A stretch of 58,899 bases of DNA, counting the filler, from Sphacelaria rigidula (lineage: Eukaryota): assembly GCA_964200075.2 (NCBI GenBank). It is 9 parts of 9 records of this genome, joined end to end, with 100 filler letters (N's around TTAATTAATTAA, not from the genome) between each part and the next. Parts side by side here need not be neighbours in the genome. Positions count along the whole stretch, not along the records: positions 1 to 6,456 come from CAXNAA020019965.1; positions 6,557 to 13,012 come from CAXNAA020019966.1; positions 13,113 to 19,568 come from CAXNAA020019967.1; 6 more parts are not named here. One strand, 5' to 3'. The position numbers and the translations under genes were made by a program. Below, in pieces: positions 1-13,484 of the stretch (the first letter of the stretch is position 1; each line of letters begins with the position of its first letter). The notes beneath the pieces were generated by a model. The model searched no databases, was not told the DNA's origin, and saw nothing but the letters and a program-made list of their open reading frames with translations.

Positions 1-3000
1 AATATTGTGTGTTTTGTGGGGGGTGGGGGGGGGGGGGGGGGGGCTTTCCGGAATAACGCTTGATTACTTAATTTTCTTAATTTTGTACAAGAGAACGCCT
101 GGATAAACAGGGCATTGCCACAAACAAGCCGCGAGAGTCAGCCCTTCGCCGTCTAAGGACAACACAGCATAGTAGTATCAGCGACAAAATCGCACGTTTT
201 TGTATAGTCAAAATTAGAAGCTGTTGCGCAGCGGAACGGCGTGGCTGATACGGTGGTTTGGTTTCGTGCCTGCTGTTCCCAGGAACTCTTGCCAAGCTCC
301 CCACGGCCAACTTCGAGCACAAGTTGGCATACACAACACACGTATGAGCAGTGCGCATAGAAGCACAGTGGAAAGCGTGTCCCCCCTGCCAACCCTTGTG
401 GGTGGTACCAGAGTTGTGACGAGGTTTCCATTGCCTGAACATTTCTGCCGAGATTGACTGTACTTTCGGCTCAATGATACGGGTAGAGGGTGAAAAACAT
501 TCGCCCGTGTCCTTTCATTCATGGTGAAACGCTGCGGCACGCCCATCGACCGAAACCATTTATATCGTATTACTTCTGCCAAGGGCTCACGTCCTCCTGG
601 CGTTCATCTACCGCCTACGCAAACCATCTTCTACAACGCGCAGGCCAGTCAGCGGAAAACATATCCGAACGCACACAAGTCCAGTGTGTTCGCCACATTC
701 AAGCCAACACATTTGAACCGCGAGAGTAGTCTATCTGGATCACGCACATTTTTCTCAAGTGAAATTTGTGCAGGTTCAATACTCGTCACCACGGGCTGCA
801 TTGTTGCAATCAGCTGATGTGAGACAATCAATCAATCAATCAACACATGAGCTACGTTCACCGCACAAGGACCAAGAACGGACCTGTTGTCACCATTCAT
901 TGGATGATGACCTGCTACGCAAAGGGCATATGACAGCGTGTGACGACAAACTCGCCATACGATATCGGTGTCGATCACCAACTATGTATCGACACCGATA
1001 GACGACCAAACCGTCTCGTTCAACGTCCCACTATCTATCGCTGATCTAATTTTTACCTACAGTTATTCTTACGGGATATCTGCAGTCTACTGCGGAGCTT
1101 CCTGGGCGCAGGGTCGCTTCATCTCCTGCCGCCCAAGGTTGTGTTGCGCAGGGTATACCGGCTGAAATTCGGATATTTACGAAAGTAACAAATAGGAATA
1201 TTCATCGTCAAGTACCCTTCCGGACCATAACCGAGTGTTTGGAACTGGGCTCGACATAAGTCCCGTCGAACCACAACGGGATGTTTGATGCACACTTTGG
1301 TATGGTTTAGTATGCACAACCTTGTGTTCAGAACGCACCCACCAGAGCGTACGCCTTGCCCTACATTTCTGCGGCACCAATTCATACATCTCGGTTAGTG
1401 GCTCGAGGCATCCTGACTCATGGTTGTGCTGTACTGTCTGTTGTACTGTACCTGTGAGCACGCACTATTCAGCGGGGATGGTTAACCAGGTAGGTGGCCG
1501 TCAGGGTGGGTCATCTATTGAATCCGTCTTGCGTCTGCTTTGAATATGGATGCAAGACGCGAATAACCCAGGTTGTTCAGGCGCTAGTCAGGCGTTACAC
1601 GACTACAATGTATTTCAACTGGCGGTCGAACGGTCGAACATTTGAACATTTGACAGCCAGAGTGTGTAATCTGGGTTGCGGTGAGGATTTTTTTCAAGTG
1701 TATGTGATGCCGATTCAACACATGACGCGCTCTGGATATTTGAAGGGTCAGCGCAGCAGCAGCATCAGGCCCTGGTTGAAGTTGCCCTTTTCTCTTCACT
1801 GTCAAAGGGTGCGTAGCATGCATCGCCTTCTGTTGACTTGTTGTCGTCGTCGCTGTCTTCACATTCACCATCACTTTCTAGATTCACTGGAGGAGACTTT
1901 GTATGTACAGTACTGTAAAGTACTGCTGTTGTACGGGTACGTGTAGCCTATATCCAGATCAAGTGACAAACGTTCAAAGTTGAATGTATGTACTCGTATG
2001 GACTTCATGGGCATGGGCGTGCGCGCGGGGGGGGGGGGAGTTGTCTATTGCGTATTGGGTGACATTTCCACCTGTGTGTGGAAAAAATATTTTGATGAAA
2101 TGTACATGGCTTTGTGCGGTACAGACTGGACAACTATTGAAAGTTCGTCAAGAGCACATGTTCCCCACTCGGCTATGAATGTGCGAAATACGAATTCATG
2201 AGACTCGGGCGCTACACAATCTAAATCTAGGAACAGTAAGCGTCTGGGGTCGTAGGACACAATGTGCCGCAAAAAAAAAGACACTCGCTCCCGTTTGTGG
2301 GGCGTGAAGGACAACATAATATATCTCGGAGAGACTTGTCGTGGAGGCAATCATGATCATCATAAAATGGTTCATCTACTCGCACCGCGTGCGTGTAAAA
2401 AATATCCGGAGAAGTTTTGTTTGGCAGGATTACGGATTCCATTGATCAAGTGACTAGGACACAGAAGATGAGTCACGTCCCTTATCAATATGGTAAATGG
2501 TTTGTGTTGCAGCCGTCTGTCTTGAATTTCCCCCGAAACCTCTGATGAAGATCGGGACACAAAGCGGTGCGCTCACAAGGCGGTGTACTGAGAGCGGGTG
2601 CACAAGCACATAGCACTGGCACGACCATCTCGCCATTGTCAGGCGATCCTGTTTGTTCTGTACCGTACCATTCACCGTCGACAAACACTCGCGCCGCGCG
2701 CCCGTGATATCAAGAAGAGTACGAGTGATTCTGATTCCCCGTCCCCCCCCCATACCCAGCCCGTTGATGATAACTATTCTGAAGTTTCCATGGTTGAACA
2801 CTGTTTTGTTAAGGACATGTGTCCGTATGGCGCCGCATCGAATATTGTTGGAGCCCGCACACACGCACGCTTCTTGGCAGCAGAAGTTTCGAATCGTGCC
2901 CGGCCCGGGACTAGATACAGGATAGACAGAGCCATGTATATGTTCCCCCACTCCTGGGTGACCGTGCTATCACGCTGCGAGTATGTGTCTGATTCAGTGA

Positions 3001-3242
3001 CTCGTTTCCAAAATTCGTGGTGTGAAATATCGTCAAGCATGGTTGAGAGTTCGTCTATGATGATAGTACAACAGTTTCCTGAGAGGCGATAGCAGCGGGC
3101 GCAACTGCAGCTCGGCAAGCATCACACGTGCTACCTACGTAGATCGACCCGCGCGACCGACACCTTGAAAAATACTCATCGAAGATACACCGAGACCTGG
3201 TATAACGCAAACCAGGACGCGAAGTGCAGTGCAGTGACTTAC

Positions 3243-4691
3243 AAAAGCTTCTCGCCGTAGCGTGTGAGCAAAAACATGTTCCTGCCTGAAAAACGTGCAG
3301 CAAGAAGAACAGAGCAGTAGCACTGCCCTGCGATACGATCGCTATCTAAGACATCGACAACTTTCTACTGTGATGAGTGGGACCTCCTCGAACTACCGTT
3401 AATTACAAAACAGTAACCGTCCAGTGACAGCTGGCGGGCAGGTTGCACATACCGAAAGGTTCTTGACCAAAAAAACACCAACAGCCACAGCATACTGCAG
3501 ACAGTCACCTACCGCGGACTGCTGACTCGAGCAGTACAACCTGTACAGGATCAGGCTACACAGCAGCTGCAGTGTACAAAAACGATGCAGCCGCAGCCAT
3601 TGCAGCTGCAGATCACATCCCTGTCATCATTCATCTAACCCCCGGTCCATTCTCCCGGTATGCACCAACCAGGAACAAATTCCACAAAGCACACCTTGAA
3701 AGCACACGAGTCAGGGCACCGGGCACCTTGGGCGGTTTGCCCATGACAGCATCCTCAGCAGCGACCGCAGGAATGCTTCTGTCCTCCTCCTCTTCTGATG
3801 TCGAAACAGAAGCGGTAGTTTCTCCGCTAGCCGCGCTCTCTTCCGCCCTGTCTGCGCCCGATTTCGAGTTGGCTGGGCTAGGGGACGCGATGATTTCCCT
3901 TGGAGTCTCCCCACCACTTGTACCTAGTCCACTCTTGTCAACATCATGATCGCCCATCTTTACACCCTGTACGAATTCTCCGCTTGAGTCGAAAGCGGTC
4001 TTCGGCAACGCGCCGCGATCGGAGGTGATGTTTTTACTTTGGTGCCTGGCAGTGTGACACTGCTCTGATGGGGTCACAGCGACTGACGATCCAGTATTCA
4101 TAGACACAGTCGTATCAGCACCACCATTCTGACCCCCCTTCAAGAGGTGCGCATTGCCGTCACCCGCGTGCACAGGGGGCAGTGCACCGGCCATTTGGCC
4201 CGACTCTTTCTCTAATTTCTCTTGATCCCGAACCTCAGAGGCATCAGTGCGGACGCACAAGGGCACGCACTTCATGATGACGGCAGCGAGCCTCCCTGGA
4301 ACAAGCAAGGCAGCGCCACTAGTATGGGAAGAACCCGAGAGCCCAACCGGCGCCCTGCTGTGGTGTATGGATCGGTTGCAGCCTACTGGGTATGGTGGTG
4401 TACGGGGGTACTGCTCGATCTCTTGGCGGAAGTAACTTGCACTGAAGAAGGAAGGGGGTGGTACGCAGTGACATCACTACTCTTTGTACTGTATACAGTG
4501 AGGAACAGTAACATTAAGTGTGTTCATGTTCTCAACCACTGACGGTTGGCCTGTTTCGCGGTTTGGGTGCGGGTGTCCCGTCACCAAGCGTTCTTGCTGT
4601 GAACGACGTGTAAAAATGAGATCGTCCCGGCTCGCTGGTGTCCCCCAGATGATGTAGTGGCGGAGGAAGGCCTTGGAGTCGAGGAGGGAAG
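3243..4691 (-). CDS. Unknown spliced gene fragment; candidate exons 4691-4585, 4441-3695, 3285-3243
   Basis: Each exon has a pyrimidine tract plus CAG acceptor and a GT donor (gtgacg, gtgtgc, gtaagt). Phases are compatible (2,2,0). The 747-nt exon is open (ORF 3631..4308 extended upstream) and low-complexity S/E/G-rich. No family recognised. Confidence 0.45.
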
Positions 4692-5289
4692 CTGCGTGTA
4701 AAGAGCTACATGGGACATATATGAAGTTCGGCAGCTAAAGACAGACCAGACCGAGCAAACGACGGAGCTTACAACAGATATTCTGTATGACCTTGTGCTA
4801 TCGTTATTTTGTATGACTTTGTGCACATGGATTTTTTGTATGTGCGTGGGTCCCTATTATCCCTTCACACTACCGTACTGCCTTCGACTTTCGAAACAGA
4901 GTCCTTCCTATTCTCCCAAACTACGAGTAATACTATCCTCTGATCGTAAGCACTGCCTTCGCAATTGCGCATAGCAGTTTTAATCCGTATACCCTCAACT
5001 TTATGACTTTCTCTCCGCACTGTTCCTGCGTCCACACTGTTCGTGGGTACCGGATAATCTATAGGATCTACGACGCTGGGGTCTACGATGCAGTACGATA
5101 TGAGTGGATTTGTAGATTTGTCACAGATTTGTATGATATATTCTGACAGATTCTGACAGATCTGGCGTTTGTTGTTTGTTTGTTTGTTTGTTTTGTCTTT
5201 CTTTCTTTTCTCTCTCCGTTGAACTCGGGGGAGCTACTTCTCACCGGTTTTCGTGGCGTCGCTCTTCTTATTTATTCATTTTTCTTTAT

Positions 5290-5410
5290 TTTGGTAATGT
5301 GTCTGGTAAGGAATAGCAGGGACGGTATTGGAAAGGCGAGCATACGCCTGTGACCACGGGTTCGCGAGATCGGGCTAATGTGTGAAAATAATAATAATAA
5401 TAATAATAAT
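5290..5410 (+). mobile_element. Probable 3' end of a non-LTR retroelement with an (AAT)n tail
   Basis: Short segment ending abruptly in about 7 AAT units. It shares GCCTGTGACCACGG with the repeat at 7414 and 12977. Confidence 0.3.
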
Positions 5411-5960
5411 TCTGACGGTTACACGCGGTGGAACGCACTACGAGAACTGTCTATGATGATCGGTGTGTCCGGTGTCGGGGACATCCATCCGTGAATGTGC
5501 CGTTCTCACGTGCGTACGTGATCGACCATGACTCTCTTTTCCCTGGCAACCCCAGCTACAAGCTCTCTTTCCCAACAAGCATTGATCGAACGACTCCCTG
5601 CTGGGGCCATAACCCTCAGTCGCTCGTCCAGTGCCGGATACAACACACGCGGAAGAAAACATGAAACTCGTACTACTGTAGCACCTTGACTTATTTTTTT
5701 TCCCCTGAAGAAAGGAGCGCAAAACTGACAGTTGAACTATCACGGTTTCATTGATTGAGTTATTGATTGTCGCACTCTAATCCAGATGGACTTTACCCGC
5801 GCGGTCTACGGGTCAACCCGTACACCGACTCTAATGGGAGCCGTTCAAAATTCCTGCTCAAAACTGCCTTTTTAGCCCTTCTCAGTCGTTTTCCGCCTGA
5901 AAAGAGGGCTAGGCGGATGTTGACGCCTCGTAATGATTTCTCCATTCATTGAGGCCGTTC

Positions 5961-6157
5961 CAGGGCAACCTTGCATTTCCCGCTGGCCGCACTTTCATTT
6001 TTAACCAAACACGGATTTCCAACAAAAAACGGTCAAGCGATAAGAAAACAGGGGGAAATTTCGATCACCTGACTGTTTTTACTGAAAAGCCGTGTCTCGC
6101 TTTATTCACTTGGCCAGAAACAAAAGCGCGGCCAGCGGGGAATGCAAAGTTGCCCTA
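5961..6157. mobile_element. Small MITE-like element with ~30-bp inverted termini
   Basis: Left AGGGCAACCTTGCATTTCCCGCTGGCCGC matches the reverse complement of right GCGGCCAGCGGGGAATGCAAAGTTGCCCT. No clear TSD. Confidence 0.55.
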
Positions 6158-6456
6158 CGAGCTGGGCCAGCCTAAAAACGCATTTTAAGCTCTGAAAGCG
6201 ATATCTCGTCGACACAGAGGACGAGTTGGGCCGTGGTCCGCATATCGTATTAGTCGTCTAATCAAGGAAAAGGTGCCCATCTACTCAAAAGTTTGGGCCA
6301 ATACTTTCTGGTTAATTAAACCCCATGTCTAGTAATTCCTATACCGTACGGAGATGGTGTCCATACTAAAATCTATATGAAACCCCCGGTCGGTGCATTC
6401 AGCGGATGACGACGAATTTTGGTGTGGACATTGTCTGGAGCAAGGGGAGACGATAG

Positions 6457-6556
6457 NNNNNNNNNNNNNNNNNNNNNNNNNNNNNNNNNNNNNNNNNNNN
6501 TTAATTAATTAANNNNNNNNNNNNNNNNNNNNNNNNNNNNNNNNNNNNNNNNNNNN
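6457..6556. other. Artificial contig linker N44-TTAATTAATTAA-N44 (also 13013-13112, 19569-19668, 26125-26224, 32680-32779, 39235-39334, 45790-45889, 52345-52444)
   Basis: Eight identical 100-nt spacers with stop codons in all six frames. They separate contigs of 6456 bp (first four) and 6455 bp (last five). Confidence 0.98.
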
Positions 6557-7413
6557 TAAAACAAATTTGGACAACCTTTGAGAAACTAAGAAATTACGGA
6601 TTCTGCATACTTCTGACGCTGACTACTGTATTGCGTTGTGGTTTTGATTTTTCCAAGTCTTGTTTGCGCCTTTAAAAAATCCATAATTCTCGAGCCTTGA
6701 ACAAAAAGTGGGTCTGACCACGGAAGGCGTCCGCATCCGATGCCCTGTGCGAATGTTCCGCGCAGATATCGGGACGGCAACAACAACTGTTGTGATACCA
6801 AACTTGCCCGTAAATTGACCGTTCGTCTACAGAACAATTAAAAAAATCTATGAAGCCGTACAGGGGTACACACGAATCTGAGTTTCATGAAGCTGGGTCC
6901 CCCCGATTCGGTACAGATTCGGGACTGGCTGCTATACAAATCGGTCTTGAAGTGATAAGTATAACAGCGCAGCGCAGCATACAATAATCAATAAGACCAT
7001 TGCCGGAGGATACGCGTCAGCACTTGCTATGCGCTTGTCAAACCTCGTGCGAAGATGCTTCAGCAGCTGGTACGGGCAGTAGGCACGCCGTGCGCTCTCA
7101 CGAGACCTTCTTCTGTTGCCGTTGCAAAAATATCAAACATCTCGTATCCCACCATTGTACGTCAATACACATACGTCACGTGAAAAAAATTGGGGGAGTC
7201 ATCACGATCTCGGAAGGATTTCAACAAATCTGTGAAGCCATGCAAGGGTACACACAATCTGAGTTTCACGAATCTGGATCTCCCCGATTTGGCACAGATC
7301 CGGGTCCCGCCAGATTCGAGATGGGCTGCGATACAAGTCGGTGGTGCAATGGTTGTCCGGATCCGAGAAAAAATCGGGGAAAACCGTTCCGAGATCGTTA
7401 TGGTTTCTTCTGC

Positions 7414-7449
7414 TAGCCTGTGACCACGGAAGGCGTCCGCATAAGATGC
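7414..7449 (-). repeat. Dispersed repeat TAGCCTGTGACCACGGAAGGCGTCCGCATAAGATGC (also 12977-13012, degenerate at 6713-6745)
   Basis: Two copies are identical over 36 bp and both are preceded by TTC-rich sequence. This fits a minus-strand retroelement 3' end with an (AGA)n tail. Confidence 0.55.
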
Positions 7450-7687
7450 CCAGTACCAATGTACCGCGCAGATATCGGAACGGCTTTTAATGTGAAGACA
7501 ACAACAACAACAACAACAACAGATCGTTACTCCTCGATTTTTTCGCCCCCAACTGTACAAGTCGGTGTCCATAAAATGTGTTCCCGTTTTTTCTCCCGAT
7601 GCTAAAAAAATCGAGATTGGTGACTGCCATGAAAGATGGTATTACTTACCAACTGAGCCACCGGGACGACCGGTGTAACACTGAGAT

Positions 7688-8135
7688 CGCGGTGCGGGTA
7701 GTCCGTCTGAATCAAAGATACTTCCTTCAAGTGAAATTGATGCTGATTCAGCAGGTCACCTACCTCGCGGTCCAAGGGTCAACCCTTCCCTTCGACCGCA
7801 ACAATTAGTCACCTGCCGAATCGGCATCAATTTGACCGCGAGGGAAGGTCATCTGCTGAATCGGCAACAATTTCACTTGAAAATATTGTGATCCAGATGG
7901 ACTACGCGTATCGTGGTCAGACCGCGATGCGGGTAGTCCATCTCAATACTTTTTCAAAGTGAAAATGATACAGTTTCGACCCCTGGACCGCGATGAGCGT
8001 AGTCCGGCTGGATCACGAAACTTTTACAAGTGAAATTGATGCAGTTTCAACAGGTGACTCACCATCGCGGTCAAAGGGTCAACTCTTGGCGAGAGCAGAT
8101 CATTCGTTGAATTGGTGTCAGTTCCACTTGAAAAA
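7688..8135. repeat. Foldback/MITE-like cluster: inverted arms 7688-7760 and 7847-7915, then further direct copies
   Basis: The motif GTAGTCC(A/G)TCTG(A/G)ATCA...TTCAAGTGAAATTG occurs in both orientations. Related copies lie at about 720-780 and 5780-5806. Confidence 0.65.
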
Positions 8136-9298
8136 GTGACATACGCGGATTTTCAGCAATATGCCACTGTTTCGTGCAGACGCCAGACACGTCATTCCTG
8201 ACCAGCTTCTTGTTCGTTCTCAAGGCCCGGTCGAAAAAGGGTTAATGCCGACACAGGCAGTGTCTTATCAAACTTTTCCCCTCTAACGACTTCGTGCGGC
8301 GGAATTGATTCAGTTCGGTTTCCTACAACAGACGTTACCAACTGGTCGGAGAAAATGGTTGAAATTAAAACGTATCCGTTTTGGTGTTGGTCGGGGCGAT
8401 GGATGAAACCACCAACAGATCCAGGTGAGCAGTGATGAGCAGTAGACCCAGCTTGTCCAGAACGTGTTTTGTTCCAAAATCGGCTGAAAGGCATCTATTT
8501 GAGCTCTGGGAACGCACACTGTGCCTGAGGAGCAATTTGCACCCCCCTCGCCCGAGAGTTCACGGTATGTCTTCGTCGTGGTCAGGGTTAAGGTTCGGGG
8601 TATGTAGGAGGCACCTCATTATTCGCGTCAACCATTTTTTCCGACCAATTGGTATAGAAGCCTCTTTCTAGGTTCGTGTCCGAGCGAAAGTCGTGAAGCG
8701 GTACTTCTTTACTAATATTCAACTCACAGTACAGTGCAGCACAGACAGACTGTACCACAATGGCGGCCTTTACTGTCCAGATGGTGTGTGTTTCGCACGG
8801 CATGCGGGCGCGATATGGAAAAGAAGCGGGTAACGCGGCACACAGCAGATTTGGCAGGCAGCACAGCTTTCTGACTCTCTGGATGAAGGAGGATGCGAAG
8901 CAGATTTTGAACTACGTGTAGCTTTTCACCGACTCTACTGTTGTCCACGAGCGCGTTGGCGGTTCGATCGCCCACCCCAAGACGCGACTCCGGCGGTGGA
9001 CCGTGGCACAAAATTAGGTGTCTGAGTTTTCGCGAACAAAAAAGGAACACGTCATGCCAAAACAACTTACAGTGGTGATGTCGGTTTCCTATCACTCGAG
9101 TGGGTGCATCCCTCCATCCATACGCCCAGTTCGTGATCTACTGTGCCGCAGGGTAGAGTAAGTAGTCAATAGCTGCGAATGACCCATTTGGGCTTTGCGT
9201 TACTCTGTGAAAGGGTAGTCTCTGGCACGGTTGTCTGCAACATGGGAGTTACGTGCCGCTTCTTTCATTCCGCTGCTCGTATCGCGCGAAAAAGCTAA

Positions 9299-10068
9299 GG
9301 CGGGGTCTTATCAGAAGTGATCATCACTTTTCAAGAAATCACTGTTGTAAAAAACGACCAACGATCGGTTGCTGCGATACCACCTCCTCGAAAAGTGCCA
9401 AAAAATCACTCTTCACTTTTGCAGAAGTGATTTTGTGACACCTCGAACGGGAACATGAAACATCCCGTGGACAGGGGCATAACCGAAGTCTTGACAGACA
9501 AGTCCAGACAATCAAACGTGAACCTGGGGATCGCATTGCCCTCCCAAACTGAAACACACCGCTCCATTCATTGCTGCTCATCAGCTGACAACGCTGTTGC
9601 GTGACCTTGCTCAAATTGGTTTAGAATTCAGTGAGCAATGATGATTTGCGTGAGACGCTCGCACAGCACACGCTCAAAAACAGTCAGCAACAGCACGTTT
9701 TCGGTTGCTATTTGACACGCATGCGGCCGCCCTTCATCTTATACTGGATAGATTTTCGTCAAACAGAGGCTCTCGTGTGTAGATGATGGATAGCTAGCGC
9801 TTGAGCTAATGCGCGTGAGGGGTGGGTGTCTATGCGTCGGTTTTCGTGGCTAGGTGTGTCGGCGCTGTGCTACCTCTTTGCGTCTTGTCCCCAGCAGGTA
9901 TTGGACTAACGGCTACTTCGAGAACCGCCGCATTTTTGACCTGTGCGCAGATCTGGGCTTCGATCTGAAGACAGCTGCTTGTCGATAACACGCAGCACTG
10001 GTCGTTGTGGGGGCAATCACAAGAGTGATTTTTTTAAATGTGATAATCACTTCTCATAAAACCCCGGC
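9299..10068. mobile_element. PIF/Harbinger (Tourist-like) non-autonomous DNA transposon, 770 bp
   Basis: ~50-bp imperfect TIRs (GGCGGGGTCTTATCAGAAGTGATCATCAC vs reverse complement GCCGGGGTTTTATGAGAAGTGATTATCAC), flanked by TAA at 9296-9298 and 10069-10071. Confidence 0.8.
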
Positions 10069-11476
10069 TAAAGCTTTCCTGTTTTTGACCCTGCCCGTCG
10101 CGCGCAGTCAATCATGAAATGGACTTGAAGCCATCTAGGAACATAAATGCCGTGGGCGTATCAGATTCGGTCTCGAAACTGCGCAGATACCGGAACGACT
10201 TTTTAGTTTGTGAAGACAACAACAACAACGACAACGGCCAGTTCGACTCCACCGCATGTTTTCGAGTCGGAATTCTTTTTCATAAGACACGGCCTCAGCA
10301 GGTTACCTATTTTTGTGGTTCAATTGGGTTGACCTGTCTGCACCGGGGTGACATTTTTGGGATACGTGGACGGTAAAACAACACGCGAGCAGCCCGGCGA
10401 CTTCAAGCACGGCGGCAATCTCTCACAAGGGGGTGGGTAAACTGTATTGTCGCATGTCGAAACGCGGACCGCCTTTCGCGCGAGAAGGAGAAGAAGCAAC
10501 AGCAGCAATATCAGCAGCATCCTCACTGCCAGTAGATGTACGCGGCTGGGGGTGCGTCTAAATCAGCCGGTGCCGATACTGCTGCTGCTGCTCTTGGTCG
10601 TAGACGATCCGTGTTTCGACCGTGCGACAACACCCACGCACCTTGCGAGCAAAGGCCACCGCGCTAGACAGCGCTGGTGGTACGTACTACCCGCCGATGG
10701 GTCCATGCTCGCTCACTCGGCGAAGTTCTGGGACATATAGCTGTGCGCATCTCTCTGTGGGAGCTGTGCACGTCGAGTGTGTCTCGCAAGCGTGGCTACT
10801 GCTAGTGACGGGAACGCAACCATCTGTCCCATGAAGAGCCCAACGGCCCAATCCTTGCAACCATATGACGTTGCTCTGCGCATTCTCATGCAAATGTCCG
10901 TTCGCTCTCATGAAAATTAATTCTCAATACATTAATTTTCGTGAAAGCGATTTTGGGGGTAGGTGAAAGAATGTGGCGTCAAATCACAACCAAACGGAAT
11001 AATGAAAACAACGAAAATCCCCGACCGCCACAATCGCTTTCACTATCACGTCTTCCCACATTTTTACACTCGAAAACACGGACCCTGAGAGCTACCGATC
11101 GCACGACGTGTCATGGTGCTGGCGGATTCTCCCGTGGCCGTCCGCCGTGAAAATGGTTGCCGTCGGTCTGTTCTGTTCCCATCTTATAGCAGGTTTCAAA
11201 AGATATCCCACTTCCATCATGAGATAATATTATACAGTAGTGTTATGCGTCACGGGCAGAATCTTGGGCTCTTCACAAGTTTTCAGTTGCATCACTCGAA
11301 GAAATATTAAAATCTCTGACGTCCCCTAGGCAGAGTGCGATTTTGGTAGACCCCAAATCGGCGCCTGGCGCCCGTGGCGCTGATTTCAACGAAAATGCGA
11401 TCTACGCACGCGAGGAGCACACGGGTCTGTCAGCCACTACAATCCCAATTGTCGTTGTACGCTCTCAAATCGTTAA

Positions 11477-11615
11477 CCCTTTGGGGACTAGACCCCCAGG
11501 GAATGCTGATTTTTGTTTTGGTGAATCGGAATTATTTTCAGTCATTTTCGAGTCAAAATGATGCCGATTCACAAAGATTCACAAAACAAGAATCACCACT
11601 TGAGTTCCCAAAGGG
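11477..11615. mobile_element. piggyBac-type MITE, 139 bp
   Basis: TTAA on both sides (11473-11476, 11616-11619). TIRs CCCTTTGGG(G/A)ACT match at 12 of 13 positions and begin with CCC, as piggyBac ends do. Confidence 0.7.
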
Positions 11616-13195
11616 TTAACCATGAACATTTCCAGCCCAACGCCCGTAAACTCCGCCATGAAGTCTACTACTGTATTACACAGCATGTGGGTCCTGTGGA
11701 TGCTCACTTTATCGCACAGGTTACAGAAGATATCGTACCCCATAAACATCGCACCACTGTTGTGATTTTTTCACGCCCGAATTGTCATCACACGGGCGGG
11801 TGTGACGTCTTATACAACCTACGGTGTCTTCCTTATCACGGCTTGAAACCGTCTATCTAAGGAACAGGGGGAGGGTTTCCAAGGGCTCAACTGGCCAGAG
11901 CTACCAGTTTGCAGCCCCAGGTAGATATGTGTGCAGTGCGTGAGGGCACGCATGGAACAAGCAGTAGTGCTGATCTTCGGGTATGTGTGATAGAGAGCGT
12001 TCTCCCGATATGTGGGCTCACAAGCACCTGCTGACAAATGTCTTTCATCAGATCAGAGCAGAGAGAGGGAGTATCGGGTAGCGCTCCTTTATGGATTCGC
12101 CGTCTTTGGCCTGCAGTATACCGTCGATTGTGCACCATAGGCCAAAAGAATCACAATAGGAACGAAGCATACAAAATTCAAACGAGAACGTTCACTCACG
12201 CGATTCAGGCTCACCTGTACAAAGTGGGGGCGCAGCTATAGTCCGCAGTAGGGAGAGAGATGATCGGCTATCCCGTTGGAGATGATGAGATCCCAGCGCC
12301 ACTTACAATGAAGTACGAAGCTAAAGAGCAAGCTGCCAGAGCACAATAGTACTCGAGACCGGAGTCAAGAGAGGGGCGAGGTGAACCGCTACCGTCCCCA
12401 ATGAAGACCACGAATCACGGCGTGCGACGCGTTGTACTGTTGGGGTGTAGATGGAGCCTGACGCAAACAATGGGTGAAATTTTCGAAAAAAAGTATATTC
12501 TGTCTTCTTGTTCTTTCGAGAGCTTGTGGCAACGTGGTGAGTTTAGTTTACCGCTTGGGAGGGTGAAGAAAGTTCTGAGGAAAATTATGGTTTGGTACAG
12601 ATGAGGATGGTCCTAAAATTATTACTACGTTATACAACGGCGGGTGAAATTAATCCCTGGATCCACACAACCCCCCCTCCCCCAGTAGCTCCTCATTTGA
12701 TTTTTTTGCTCAAACGAGACAACTGTTTATCAGGCTTTGAAGCGTCACTTGCTCAGCAAGACGTTGTCGAAACAATGCGTACGAGCCGTGCATGGTTTGT
12801 TCGTGTGTTTCACAAATAAACTTGGATGGTGTGCAGTGGTTTGAGCAGTGTTGAGTGTTGTTTTCGATTAATTTATCAAAAATAGTTCTTCGATGATTCA
12901 GGATGATTTAACCCTTAGACCGCGTTTGTGAGTTTTCCACTCTGGGTCTATTTTATTTCATTGTGGTTTCTTCTTCTAGCCTGTGACCACGGAAGGCGTC
13001 CGCATAAGATGCNNNNNNNNNNNNNNNNNNNNNNNNNNNNNNNNNNNNNNNNNNNNTTAATTAATTAANNNNNNNNNNNNNNNNNNNNNNNNNNNNNNNN
13101 NNNNNNNNNNNNAAAGGATGCCCCCCCCCCCCCCCCCCCCCCCAAACACACATCACGACAGGCTGGGCCGGCCAAGCGCGACCAGGAATATTGCC

Positions 13196-13484
13196 ACGCG
13201 ATTATACTGCTCAATTTTGGATCGTTTCCAATGAAATTTTGACATGATGTACAGGGCGTACGTGCGAAGACATCATCTTTCCTCCTCTTCACTTTGTTTT
13301 CTTCGTGAGTTATTTGAGGTTCAATCTCAGAAAAAAAACTGTTCTGAAATGTTCCGTCGCCAATAACTCACGGGGTGAGTGGAGGGAATGCAGGGGAGGA
13401 AAGATGATGTCTTCGCACACACGTCCTGTACATTGTGTCAATATTTCATCTTAAACGACCCAAAATTAAGCAGTATAATCGCGT
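13196..13484. repeat. Foldback element with ~100-bp inverted arms; a third arm copy lies at about 13705-13830
   Basis: ACGCGATTATACTGCTCAATTTTGGATCGTTT...GCGAAGACATCATCTTTCCTCC matches its reverse complement at 13390-13484. Confidence 0.7.

Noticed and set aside
2774..3078. IIIDELS and GNIYMALS as PIF1/Helitron helicase motifs II and VI
   Set aside because: They are only about 35 aa apart, far too close, and the other motifs are missing.
6501..6512. TTAATTAATTAA as a biological motif
   Set aside because: It is centred in identical N-padded linkers, so it is an assembly spacer.
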